Program-made: the position numbers and the translations under genes | Part shown: positions 48,853-60,835 of the stretch, one piece after another | How positions within the stretch are numbered: the first letter of the stretch is position 1 | Layout: each line of letters starts with the position of its first letter | The notes under the pieces: model-generated | The model's database searches: none | What the model was told of the DNA's origin: nothing | Seen by the model: the letters and a program-made list of their open reading frames with translations, nothing else | Assembly: GCA_047495785.1 (NCBI GenBank) | Contig: JBLDXI010000054.1 | Span: 1,054,001 to 1,118,000 of the forward strand | Direction: 5' to 3' | Length of the DNA stretch: 64,000 nt | DNA from: Lepidodermella squamata | Taxonomy: Eukaryota; Animalia; Gastrotricha

Positions 48853-50010
48853 TCTCTTGTCTACACTCTAGAAAGCTGCGAGTTGGGCGGCATATCAAGT
48901 CCTGTATTTCTCTCAAATACGTAATACGTCTGACTTGTACCTTTCGTACCTTAGTAAAATATCACCTCATTCATATATTCCGAAAGTGGTTTTTTTCATC
49001 GAATTTGAGACCAGAAAAGTTCCAATCCCAGCCGATCACGTTCTACATTGAGATCTGAACGTATGATGTAATACTAAAAATGCATAGAAATATCGAAACC
49101 AATAAAATATGAACACGAACGATACACTTATTTCGGGGAACCGATCCTGTCCTATCCTAATATCCTAATGCAGGAAACGGAGCGATCGAGAAACAAAAGG
49201 ACAAAGGGCAAAGGAGAAAGCCATTCTGCTCACGAATTTTATCTCGCTTTGGTATGAGCATTGACCCCAATCTGAATATTCACACTGAGCTGTCCGAATT
49301 TAGGATCAATGTGGATCACCAGTTTTCCTTCTATACCTGAACAGGACAAATTATTTGTTTACCGGAGTTGATGCTAGACTATGCAGTTTTTCATAGCGCA
49401 TCTTTTGAAATAAAGCGACTAAACATAGTGCCCACAGACAATTTTCTGAGACTGCTAGACAACCAGAAACATCTGGACAAAAAATATTAATTTAACAACT
49501 TTTCAAGCTTCCGGCGAAGAGAGAGTTGCATGCTCCAGACAGCGAAGCCAAGATCGAGTCATATGCAATTTGAATTTGAAATGGACAGCAGCAAAGCGAC
49601 TTGACAATGTTACGGTCAGTAAGCTGATTCTTTAAAAGCGGTCCTCATTTTTTAAATCGATTTTTCAGCGGCCCATATCGGCACGAAACTGATGAACGGA
49701 GGTGAACGGCTATTTGACACATGAAGGAAGATGAACTTTTTTGATACAAGGTGAACGAACGTGAACAAGCAAACGATTTTTTCTTGCTACGTGAACAGAG
49801 GTGAAAAAACGTGGGCAGCAGTCAGAAGGAGATGAACTATGGTGAACGTTACTTGGAGAGCTGATAAAACTTAATTTTGGCGGGAAATGAAATCCAATGT
49901 AGTTGAAGATCATTGCATTTCGGCAAAGTTATCAATTTTGCGTTGGTATACCACGGTATAACGCAAACCTTAGCTAACTACGGATTACAGGTTGTTTGAG
50001 CGCATTACGA

Positions 50011-50670
50011 ATGGTCTCCTATGATGTTTCTAGTTGTCTGGAGGACAACATGTCAATCAGCGATTTTTTCTGGAACTTGGAACACGGATTCTTCGTGGAA
50101 TTTGACCAAATGAGACTACGTGAAATTTTCTTGATGCATCCTGAAAAAGTCGACGCTAGTTATCTGCGGCCGGATTCGCCTGGTTTTCTACGGATTGCGT
50201 ACATTTTTGTCGACGAAAATGAGGAGGAAGATGAAAACTGGCCAAGTATTGTTCTGTCCATTATAACAGCGGCCGGCGAAGCAGCGGGTAAAGCGGCTGT
50301 AAACGAGCGTCACGCGCTTACTTTCGGCTTGAAAGAAATGTTACGCTCGAACGGGCCCTATGCCATTGCGATTCTTGAATTCTTTGTCAAAAGGCTACTT
50401 CAATCCGGTTCTCGACTGAAAATATCATCTCTGGACAATGCGCTAGGTGGTGAGATTTTGTCTAGCTCAAGGTTCAAATCACTGATGCCTGAAATTCTAA
50501 GCGAGTTTGACGATTCAATCTTAAAACGCCCAATTTTCACGCTAATGTCTTTGGCTCGACGTGCTGTATTGATTCGACTGAGACTTGGCTTGATGAGGCG
50601 CAATGAAGATATCGCGAGTTTATGCCTACCTGACAGCCTTAAAAACTATCTCCATTTCGACGATTTGTAG
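50011..50670 (+). CDS. SOCS-box protein carried inside the transposon (start uncertain)
   Basis: C-terminus FTLMSLARRAVL...DIASLCLPDSLKNYLHF matches the BC-box plus cullin-box SOCS pattern; AATAAA downstream. Confidence 0.72.
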   Translation: MVSYDVSSCLEDNMSISDFFWNLEHGFFVEFDQMRLREIFLMHPEKVDASYLRPDSPGFLRIAYIFVDENEEEDENWPSIVLSIITAAGEAAGKAAVNERHALTFGLKEMLRSNGPYAIAILEFFVKRLLQSGSRLKISSLDNALGGEILSSSRFKSLMPEILSEFDDSILKRPIFTLMSLARRAVLIRLRLGLMRRNEDIASLCLPDSLKNYLHFDDL

Positions 50671-51034
50671 CTGGTTGTTGTATTATACTGTTACAACGCA
50701 CGCTTATGTGTCGAGTGAAAAAGGAATAAAAAGGCGGAAAAGTACTCATATATTTCTTTTTTAATTCAAAAGTTGAGCCTCTTCATAATCTAGTCAGTTA
50801 TAACAGCAGCGTTACACGGAAATATTAACATCATCGCATTAATAACGCTTGGTTATACTCTATTTTCAGCACATACAAATTGAAAAAAATTTCCGAGCTT
50901 GAAATAAAAAAATCTCAGAAAATTTTCCAAAGATGATAGTTATTGTAGCTATGAAACAGCAGATGCAACTACAGCTCGAAAAACACACAAGTCAAATAGC
51001 ATCAATGTAGTAGTAAGAAACGTTGTACTAAGAG

Positions 51035-53906
51035 CTATGAGGCGATTTCAGTTACATTTGTTATTTTAGAGAGAAAAATGTCGCCACTAGCCTTGCTTTT
51101 GAAAACACAGCAAGGAGCAGTAATGGAATCGTAAAGGTGGAAGGTCATGCTAGCGCCGATCTCGGTGACGACTTTGTGATGACCGCGGCTTGAATTCGGC
51201 CATAGGTTTCGCACGCTTAACAATCGCAGGCCCACCCATAACTTGGAGCCATCTTTTAAAAAAATGGAGCAGACGCCGTATCCAAACTCGCCGAAAACGG
51301 CAGTCCCAGACTCGATAGTATCTCCACCAGTCAACAGGCCAAATGGGGTGAGACATTTTCTATAAAGCTTGGGAAGATCATCCGGTAGAATCGATAGATT
51401 ACTCGTTTTCGAGATGTTATAGCGTTCGGTGATGGTAAGCTTAACGTCAACTGCAGCCCAGATGTAAACAGATTCCCCAGCTGTTTCGCCCGATTTATGC
51501 AGTGGTCTCGCCTCCAGCGACTTGTAGAAGCGAGAGGCGACCTCGGCGTCCTGAAAGCGGTAAGAGCCATGTCGCAAAGCCTCCTCGATGAGTGCCCGCT
51601 TCGCGATCTGATCGAGAGGGTGATTTGGGCCGGTGACGAATCGAGCTAAACGGCCGTAAAAACTCTCTAGCCCGAATTCGTCATACTCTGATAGGATACC
51701 ATGCCTGGCCAGGAAAAGGCCAAAGTGTCTAGTTTGATGGATGGCATATGACAACAGCCGTTGGCCAAACAGCTGCCCAAAGCGCACGACGAAGTTATCA
51801 AAACTTCTGCCAAGCTCTTCCGGGGTTCGACCTAGGAAACATAAATATAATTATTTGTCAAGCCTAAATTATTAAACTCTGAAATTTACCATCAAAATTT
51901 GGTACGAGGGATGAATGAACGATGTCGCAGAGCTCGATGATAAGAGTGCCGTAGGTTTCCAGCCACTCGTCATCGACATCAGGGGCTCCTTGACGGAAGA
52001 AAATAGGCGCCAGGTGGAGAAGGAAAAAGCGATACTCGTTCGCTTTTAATTTCCGGCTCTCAGCAATGCTCTCACGACCTCGAGTTTGATAGAACGACGG
52101 AACACTAACCGTTTCAATATCATCCTCAATTTTTTGAAATGCGGTGTCCGAGCAGAGCTGAGCAGCCGAGCCTGGTGCGATGATTCTTTCACAAATAACA
52201 CGTATCACACCGAGGCACAATCCGTGTAGGTAGCCGGGGGCGGTATCTTCAATGATATCGTAGAAGAGCAGGCGAAACAGTGGGCTCAAGTTGTAGGTAC
52301 CCTCCGTTTCATCATTGTCTTTGAATGTTCCTCCGGATTCGTCGAAAAGCTGCTTAGCTAGTAGCGCTGCCAGTTTTTCAGACTCGTGAGTTCGAAGGTG
52401 TAAGGGGCTCGGAGCTTCACCCTCTTCCGGAAAAATGACAGTACTATCGTCCAGTCGCTTTTTCTTCTTCTTATTGGCAGCGTTTTCCTCGTCTTCATTG
52501 TCTGCATTTTCTTCCTCATCATCAGCTTCATTACCTTCGCCAATTTTAGACTCGGCATAGGCCTGTCTCGATAATCCGCGAGTCCTGCAGTAAGCACAGC
52601 AATAGTGTCCTCCCGACTTGCGGCACATGGCGTGCGCTTTTGCCGGCAAGTCCATCACACCAATGACTCCTTTCGGCGCCACAACCTAAATCAGGCACAT
52701 TAAATTTTGTTATTAAAATGTTTTTAGTTCCTAACCTTGATTTCAGTGCCACAAGGTAATGTAAGCCCATTAGAAATAACTTCATTCATCTCGGTGATAA
52801 ACTCGCTGAAAGTATCTTCAGGATCGGGATAACCGTCACCGGACCAAATGTTAACCAGGAAACGAAGGCGTGTACCCCGAACACCGAGAACCAGCATCCA
52901 TAGGTTTGTAAGCTCGTACTCCGTCATAGCCAAAGTAAAATGCGATTTTCTTACTGCTATTCTTGTACTTAACGGAAGTCAGCGCAGAAATAAGACGATC
53001 TTTGAATGGAAGATTGATCATTAAGCCATTTCCAGCTTTCGACACTGTAAGCGTTTTTTCGAGCTCAATGTTGACTAGGCGGTGTACATAACGCTGCAAA
53101 GTTCGTACTGAGCCTATACCTTGAAACAAGTTGGGCTTAGGTAGCAACACGGCTTGATCCTGAATTCCGCTCAAAATTGACTTCCATGATAATCTGCCAG
53201 TAACGGCGGTTGCAAGACATAACATGAGACCATCTCCTAAAGTAGACTCGCTGCCACCATACAGCGGCTGTTTCAACTTATCGCGCCAGAAGTCATCTGG
53301 TAAATAATTATCGTGTTCCTCGTCGCTATTTCCGCCTTCTTCTTCTTCAGATTGAGAATTTCTTGAGGGGCTTGTCGAGAACTCTTCTTCGATCGAAGAG
53401 CTATCAGATGGTAATCGATCAGCATCTATAGGCTCGAAAGTGCTAGTATCTTGGGGATGAGGATGTGAAAGGACACTTTGAACCCCCGAAGTTAGTTGAG
53501 TCATTTGCTCACCATCCGAGTCGGCGCCAGCCTTCTGAGAAGTTGAATCAATATTCTCAGCCGACGAATTAGAGTCGATATTCTCAGATGATGAATTAGA
53601 GTCAGTAGTTTCAGATGATGAATTAGAGTCGGTAGTTTCAGAAGACGATTCAGAGTCTGATTGTTGAGAAGACAATATCGGAAGTTCTTTAGATGAACTG
53701 CCAGCGATTATAACACGATTGGAAGCTGTATTCACTGTCGAACTAGCACCCGCAAGAAACCCCGCTGCAGGTCGAATTTCATGCATAACCTTATGCGTAT
53801 CGCGCCGTCGTTGCTTGTCAGATGGTTCTTCGCGAGATTCAACTTGTTCAGGAGCTCTCGGCTCACCAGCTTTACGAAGTGGAACGAATCCTTTGCGCTT
53901 TCCCAT
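51035..53906 (-). pseudogene. CACTA/EnSpm transposase, 3 exons, with an apparent frameshift near 52905
   Basis: Motifs FGYDGV, LW...IWSG..YP, MDLPAKA..GHYCCAYC, YLHGLCLGV, KANEYRFFL, AIHQTRH..HG.L...FGLESFYG, HPLDQI; introns ~52735-52686 and 51889-51832. The DGV and LWM motifs are in different frames. Confidence 0.85.
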
Positions 53907-54512
53907 TCATATATAATTAATGATAACTATAGAAATAAAAAATCCACCTTAAATGTACGTGGTGATTCTGGAAAACACTTTCTCTTGCGGCAGAGAATGG
54001 CAGAAAGTTTGGATGACGATTTAACAGTAACAATAGTAACAGGATGTTGGATGAAAAATAAAACCCAAGTCGAAGCTATTGTATCTTCTACCCTATGTGA
54101 CGTAACGAGTCGCGTGCCGGGATGCCGGAAGCGTGGCGGCGCGGAAAATAACGTTGCTATGAGTTTTATTTTTCACATTTCAATTTAAAATTATCAATAA
54201 TCAATATTAAAAACTTGATTTTAGATTATTACAGTAATTATAATTTTTTCCCGCTCTTTTTTAAGCACAATGTTTTTTGCGAGCACGCGTGCACTTTTCA
54301 GTTTTTTTTGCGAGCACGTGCGCTTTGCTTTAAAATGGTAGCCGATTCATGAAAAACGGTTAGTTTTTTGTTTTTTTTGCTATTCTTTCTTTTTGCCCTT
54401 CCTTATGCTCGACACTGCGCCATTTGCAATCTTACCAGTACTGTAATTTTTTATTTCCATTTAGGTCCACTGCTGGTTTTAGAGTTATTGTCATCGAACT
54501 GCTGCCGTAAAC

Positions 54513-56106
54513 ATGGGCAAGAAATCGGAACCTTACTCTCGCGAGCCTCACGCCGTCATCAAATGGCTGCAAAAAACTGTCGATGGCAATACAATGATCG
54601 GCTACGTTCCCTGTTCAAATCTAATCATGCAACCGGGCACGACCACTTCAGACTTGGTTGCGAACGAAACAAAGCTGGCGGCTGTGTTCAGGCATCAGAT
54701 TCACGACGCTCTTTTCATTGAAATGTGCAAGAACGAGAAGATTGCAAAGGAATACGTGGAAAAGCTGGCAATCGAAATGCAAGTAGCAGCAGAAGCAGCA
54801 GCAGCGGCGGCTGCGGCGGACAAAGAAAATGGCAATTTAGAAATCGGCTCGAAAGTCAGCAAGGACAAGAAGAACAAGAGTGAAACTATGGAGGAGAAGG
54901 GCAGCAAGGAAAAGAAGGATACGAAGACGAAGGTTACGACATTGGAAGAAAGCGAGAGTGCTGTGGATCAATCCAAAGCGAAGAAGGCAAGGATCACGCC
55001 AGAAGCTAGCGAGCCTGCGGTCGAGAAGTGTTTCGTTCAAGCTGCAGGCACTAATTCCGAGTTCGGTCAAGGAAGTGATGTGGTCGATAGCTCTCTGGAT
55101 CAAGCCACCACAACAGCCCATTCAGAACTGGTTCCACGAAGACATGATTCTAGTTCACTGGCCCCTTTGCCTATGCTTCCAGATGATTCGATGCTGATGT
55201 TCAATGACCCAGCCTTTTCTCAACTACCTAGCGACGGCCAGCCTGGCATCATAACGATGGTCAAAGCAGATGTGATTCTGTCGATGGCAGTGAAAGTGGA
55301 TGAATTGTACATGGTTACCTTTTCTGATGTCCGCAAGCTTATGGTTTGTTCATCTCATTTGTATTATATTTTTTCAATGTCATTTCTGTCTTAAAGCTCT
55401 TTGATTACATTATGCTGCTTCTTTTTTTCCAGGTTGCTGGGGTAGTCCCGCCAAGCGCCGAGTTGCTGGAAACATGCGACGACATCATGTTCTCAAAGGA
55501 AAATGGCAACAAATACGCAGCTCGTAAATTGATGCTCGAAATGGTTATTGATAACAATTCGCATGACGACTTGATGAGCAAGACCCTAACTGGCAAGCAA
55601 AAGAATGGCAACGTCGATGCTGCGAAGGCGCTGGACCGTACGAAATGGGCGGCGATCATCAGTAAGTTGTCTTGACCCTTCATCCGTGCAGTTTCATAAT
55701 TTTTTCTCCTCGTAGATTATGTTCTATCGAGGTATAGGATTGTAGATGGCTTCAAATATCTACAAAAGAAGGCGATGCATTTTTTGAAGTACTACCGGTC
55801 GAAGTATGCAGGTGAGCTATTTCGGCTTCATTGTAATGCCTAATGCTTAATATTTTGTTATTCATAGGAGGAGTACCAGCGCGTAAAGATCTTTCCGCCA
55901 CAATTGACAAGTCTGCCCAGATCGAAGATTTCCATTTATCCAAGAAGCGCGCGACCCCGGCGACCCCGGCGACCCCGGCGACCTCGGCGACCTCGGCGAC
56001 CCCGGCGACCCCGGCGACCTCGGCGACCTCGGCGACCCCGGTGACCCCGAAACCAGCTACCGCGGACGCCGGTGACGTGAGCGATTCCGACGATTCTGAT
56101 CTGTGA
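54513..56106 (+). CDS. Transposon accessory gene, BEN-domain-like (about 4 exons)
   Basis: AARKLMLEMV...DDLMSKTLTGK...KALDRTKWAAII resembles the BEN consensus; short GT-AG introns link ORFs 54513, 55346 and 55843. Confidence 0.6.
55951..56049 (+). repeat. Coding 9-bp minisatellite GCGACCYCG x11 (ATP/ATS repeats)
   Basis: Directly visible tandem array. Confidence 0.95.
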
Positions 56107-57413
56107 CTTGTTATTTTGATTGCGATTATACTCTCTCGAGTTCTCTTGTTTCTTTCGTTTGCAGATGTGAGCGATTTCGATGATTATTCTGATTTGTGAA
56201 TTGTTATTTTGATTGTGATTATACTCTCTCGACTTAGTCGTTATTTCCATCACCTGCTCGGACGCCGATATGTGCGATTCTCCGACCATTCTGACTTGTT
56301 GTGATATACTCTCTAGAGCTCGACTTCGATATCATTCGTTTTTTCATGAGCAGTTAATGTACTCCTCTTTTCAACTTTTTCATTGAACCATTTCATTTCA
56401 ATTATACTCGCGTCTCTTGTCAAGTAGATTGAAGATTGAGTCTCTCGTTATTCTTGTGCCTAAGTATGTGCCAAATCAAGTAAAAAGTAGTCATAATAAG
56501 AACGACGTCTTTTTATTAGTAAAAGTACGTGAACGAATAACAGCTGAACGCACATGAACCAGCTAGCTGAACAGAGGTGAACCAGGCAGCTGAACGTAGG
56601 TGAACCAAACAGCTGAACTGAGGTGACTAACGACGGTTTGACACCTCAGTTCATCTCTTTAACTTGTTCAGCTTACTTCAGCAAAACGGTGCCGATATGG
56701 GGGGGAGAAGTTCATTCCTGCTGTTGGCTCTGCTGTTACAATTTTTATCCTAGATTCACACCGGTGCCACTATGCCTCTGAGGGTTTAATGCTTCATGCA
56801 GACTATCGGAAGGATTTACAGCAATTCACGACATCGTAGGATTAGAATTTATTAAGGAATATTACATTTTGAGGAGTTTACTAGTTGGAGACGTCTGAGT
56901 GAGCAAATGAAACCTTCTTTCTTCTTCCGCTCCCTACGCTAGCACGCACGATTTGGAGAACATTTCGTTCAAAATTCAACTCGAATCGATTGAATTCGGA
57001 AGAATGCAGAAACAGTCGGCTAAACACCGCGAAATTGACCTTCATTTCTGTTTTACGATGCCGTGTGACATAGACATCGAATGCCTGCTCACATGTGCCA
57101 GCATGGCCACTCGAATCATGTCAAATTGCCTATTTTCAACGTCTGCTGCTAAGGGCAGTGCGTGATTCTCCGCACAAAGTGAAAGACTAGTGAGAAATCG
57201 CCCTCAAAAAAAAGTCAGATATGGTTGGATATAGCAAATTTGCACTCTCCTCTTAATTAGCTAACTTTGACCAAAAAAGTTGGAAAACATTTCTCAGATC
57301 AATTTAAGATTCAAGGTATTCTCCAACTCTATCATTCAAGGTTTTTTGCCTTTTTCCTCGAATTAATAATTCATTCCTAGGAAATCGTACACTGTTAGTA
57401 ACCTTCAATTAGG

Positions 57414-59804
57414 ATGCTGCCTATTTTAGCTTTCATCTCCGTGTTTCCCAATTTGATTGTGGGAAAATCGGCGAAATTACAGCTGCTTTCCTACATTCCC
57501 TTCACCGGAAATGCGCCATTCGATGGGTCCATCTGCAAAGCAGCTATGCAAGTGGCAATCGATGCCGTCAATTCTGATTCGGCTATTCTACCAGGCTTTC
57601 GCATCGAACCCCTTTATCTAGACGAAGGCCCGTTGTCCTTAAACATTCCTAGACTCACGATCCAATTCTTGCGAGAGCCAATGAGGGATAACAATACATT
57701 CAAGGCCCCAGTGGCGTTGGGATCATATTTCAGCCCAGGTTGTCAGAAGGCTGGTCCGATTTTCCACCATCTTGGAATGGTTTTCGACGCTATCGGCTGC
57801 CAAGCTAGTGATCTGATCAATCGAAGAGATCGCTACCCAAACGTTTACCGACAACGCGTTCCAGCACAAAATATTATCTTCGCAAGAGTGGCAGCGATCA
57901 AGCGTTTCACGCCCTGGGTCAAGTTTGCTTCGATAACGTACGCAGACAACAATTTTGACATCAGTAACGCTCGTTTGTTTCTTGATACGGCCAAATCGGC
58001 TGGATTCAACATCATCTGGTTCGATGCTGTGACTTCGATAACCGATGATATGGTCGCATCTTTGAAGGAAAGCAATGCTCGGATCATCGTAATTGATATC
58101 AGTGGAGCTGCAATGTTAACGACCTTCTTCTGTCAGACCCATCAATTTGGAATCAGCGGCCGGAGATATGTTTTCGTCGCGTTAATCAACGGAATTCTAG
58201 ACATGACCCTTACAACATCCACCGACAGCTTACCCTCGGGCTGTTCGAAAGAGATGCTACTTGACCAATACAGAAATTCAATGTGGTTTGGGAGTGTTCT
58301 TAGCCCTGATAGGAATTACAGGAAAACAGCCTTGGGCTATGATTTGCCGGAATTCGAATCTCGGTTAGATCTTTTGACAAACAAGTCCCGAGTTCCCGAT
58401 TATCGGTCAAGGTTCTACTGCCATGATACTATGCTGGAATCAATTACGATCTTAGATAGGGCTGAGAAGCTTTTGAACCTCGAAAACATGTCTCTCAGCC
58501 ATTTCGACGGTAGGCCAAGTTACGTAATGGATGCCGTCAACAAAAGCGCAGCTACCGTCGATTATGTAACTCTAAGGACAGGGCGAAGTCTCAGGTCGAA
58601 AAGAGGAGAATCGGACTACGAGGCTCTCTTCATGGGTTACATGCCTCTGAATTCTCTAGAATTGACAGGGCTATACAAAGTGCGACCATCTGTTGAGCAT
58701 TCAGTCGATAACTACTCGGTCTATGTTTTCGACGGACCGAAGATTTTCTCATGGCCTAACAATGGCCTGGCTAAAGACTTCTGGACTGAGGTTACGGTAG
58801 AAGTCACAGTCGGACAATCTTATCGCTACGCTGTTTTTGCAACAACTGCTGTTGTAGCCGTGGCTAAATCGTCGCTCGCGATAGGCTTCTTGAGACCAAA
58901 TATGGACAACTTCATTTGGAGATTGGCCGGATCCTCGGCTTGTTTGTGCCTAGATATTTCGGCTATTATTTTCGTTCTTAGCTCCTCCGACACCGGACTC
59001 ATAAATCTCTGCATTTTCAGGGTGATAATGCTGGTTTTTGGGCTGGCTACAATACACGGTTTGGTTGTTGGAAAAAGTCTGCTAACGGCTGCCATTTCGC
59101 AGGGTTCCAGAAGGAATACTAACAGATCCCCTTATCGTGTTAGAGGAAGGACCCAAACAAACGTTTCGATCGGCACTGCTTCAGGACGTGAACATCCGAC
59201 TATTTTTAATATTGATCGCAGAAGAGCGGAGACAAGACCTGAAAAGAAGAGTGCAAAAAGCTCGGCATCGATCACCGCAGTATTTGTCCTGGCTAATTTG
59301 CTCATTGTGTCCGCGTGGGTTGGCTCAGATGCAGCTGCATTCGATTTTTCGAAGGTTGCAATTTCTTCAACTTATGATGAAGTAAGTGATTTGAAGAGCT
59401 ACAATTTCGGTTGGATTTGCACGGCTCATTATCAAATCGAATGGATTCTTTCGATATGGGGATTGAATATAGCTGGATTGCTACTAGCTGGTTACAGGCT
59501 CTTGGAAACTTATCGAAGTCAAGGTAAGCAAGATGCGGGAAAGCTCAAGCTTTATGCTGTTTTGATCAACTGCTTGGTCACCCAGTTCGCCTCTATTCTT
59601 ATCATCGTCCTTCTGAATGATTACTTCAAGCAAATGGCTTTCATTTCTTTTACGGCCCTCTTCATCTCAACTTCGACTTTTTTCATCGAAAACAGCGGTG
59701 AGCTAAAGCAGGCTTTCACTGGGTGTAGAGTTCGCTCACGCAATAACACTGTGGATTTGACGATATCAGATTACAGCAGTGGCGATACTTCAGCGGTTTT
59801 TTAA
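57414..59804 (+). CDS. GABA-B-like class C GPCR, subfamily I (intronless, 796 aa)
   Basis: Close paralogue of 41688-44006, including about 350 bp of upstream homology. Confidence 0.87.
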   Translation: MLPILAFISVFPNLIVGKSAKLQLLSYIPFTGNAPFDGSICKAAMQVAIDAVNSDSAILPGFRIEPLYLDEGPLSLNIPRLTIQFLREPMRDNNTFKAPVALGSYFSPGCQKAGPIFHHLGMVFDAIGCQASDLINRRDRYPNVYRQRVPAQNIIFARVAAIKRFTPWVKFASITYADNNFDISNARLFLDTAKSAGFNIIWFDAVTSITDDMVASLKESNARIIVIDISGAAMLTTFFCQTHQFGISGRRYVFVALINGILDMTLTTSTDSLPSGCSKEMLLDQYRNSMWFGSVLSPDRNYRKTALGYDLPEFESRLDLLTNKSRVPDYRSRFYCHDTMLESITILDRAEKLLNLENMSLSHFDGRPSYVMDAVNKSAATVDYVTLRTGRSLRSKRGESDYEALFMGYMPLNSLELTGLYKVRPSVEHSVDNYSVYVFDGPKIFSWPNNGLAKDFWTEVTVEVTVGQSYRYAVFATTAVVAVAKSSLAIGFLRPNMDNFIWRLAGSSACLCLDISAIIFVLSSSDTGLINLCIFRVIMLVFGLATIHGLVVGKSLLTAAISQGSRRNTNRSPYRVRGRTQTNVSIGTASGREHPTIFNIDRRRAETRPEKKSAKSSASITAVFVLANLLIVSAWVGSDAAAFDFSKVAISSTYDEVSDLKSYNFGWICTAHYQIEWILSIWGLNIAGLLLAGYRLLETYRSQGKQDAGKLKLYAVLINCLVTQFASILIIVLLNDYFKQMAFISFTALFISTSTFFIENSGELKQAFTGCRVRSRNNTVDLTISDYSSGDTSAVF

Positions 59805-60835
59805 CCCCGGATTCTGACTATTAATCAAAGTCAATTGTGCAATTTCGCGTCAAGCGTCCGTGTTTAGGAATTGTCTATTTTAGAAGCTTCAATCCAACTT
59901 GGCAAGGGAAGGATAGCAATCATTAACAATGTTAATAAAGATAATAGGTGCGATAATGATAATGTATCCCAGAATTGTTTATTTTATAAAATGCATCAGG
60001 CCAATTGCCTAACTATTCCTTCCGAACATATAAAGTTGCTAGACTCCAAAACACCAGTACTTGATTAACGTTTGATTTACGTGCTACTTACTTGTCGATT
60101 CTTATCGTTTGAAGATCGCTTCTCCATGTTCTGTAAATTTTTTATAATCAATCCCGGATGAGAATCTAGCATTTAATGTACTTCCCTCTGTTTTTGAGAA
60201 GATAACTTCCTTCCGGGGTCGCAAACTACACGTAAAACGAGTCCTATCTCTCCAACGTCTAGAAGCGAGCAACCAGCACACCACCAGGTCGATAATGGGT
60301 TTGATAGCACATTAGCATTTCTCGCTGAATTCAGCCTAACTCATGCCGCTAAGGAATCAAGATCATCGAAGGAATTTACGTCAAAATTTCTGATTGCAAA
60401 TTACGAAAAACCGAAGAAAATACGGGGCTTTGTAAAGCGCAAGCTGGGTTTCGACATTTCAAATCCGGAAAGAAATGACAATGGGAGTAAGTCAGCTATG
60501 TGAAATGGATGTCACGTTTCAGTAAAAGTTATGCAATCGTTTTTTTTTCGATTTACTTGTAATAGCCTCCATTAATTCAGTTTATCATTAAAATTCTTTG
60601 AATTGAAATTGAATCGGGCAACTTCAGGGTTAAAGATCTGACTGTGTAAGCAATAGCGGCAAGACGAATTTTGAGAATGAGGGTCTCACGCTCAACAATG
60701 AATGAGAAGACAGTGAAATTACGTGTGTCAATGTACTAAGATGATCAAACGTGTCACGCCCAGGTGTAGAAATTAATCTCAGTCGCCAGTAGTATTGTTA
60801 AACCACAAAACTATTCATATATTCAAAGTTGGAAT

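Larger units (their letters stand above)
49672..56701. mobile_element. Full-length CACTA/EnSpm (CMC)-type DNA transposon, 7030 bp
   Basis: Perfect 13-bp TIRs CCCATATCGGCAC (49672-49684) / GTGCCGATATGGG (56689-56701); GG on both flanks (2-bp TSD); dense subterminal TGAAC repeats at both ends; internal CACTA-type transposase. Confidence 0.92.

Noticed and set aside
49690-49860. TGAAC repeats (also 56528-56680) as a CRISPR-like array
   Set aside because: Short irregular motifs, eukaryotic context and no cas genes; explained as transposon subterminal repeats.
53545-53650. 27-bp repeats encoding SSSETTDSN
   Set aside because: Ordinary low-complexity expansion in the disordered transposase N-terminus.
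55936-56289. Minus-strand ORF with RGRRGRRGR repeats (protamine/RGG-like)
   Set aside because: It is the antisense reading of the 9-bp minisatellite in the plus-strand gene.
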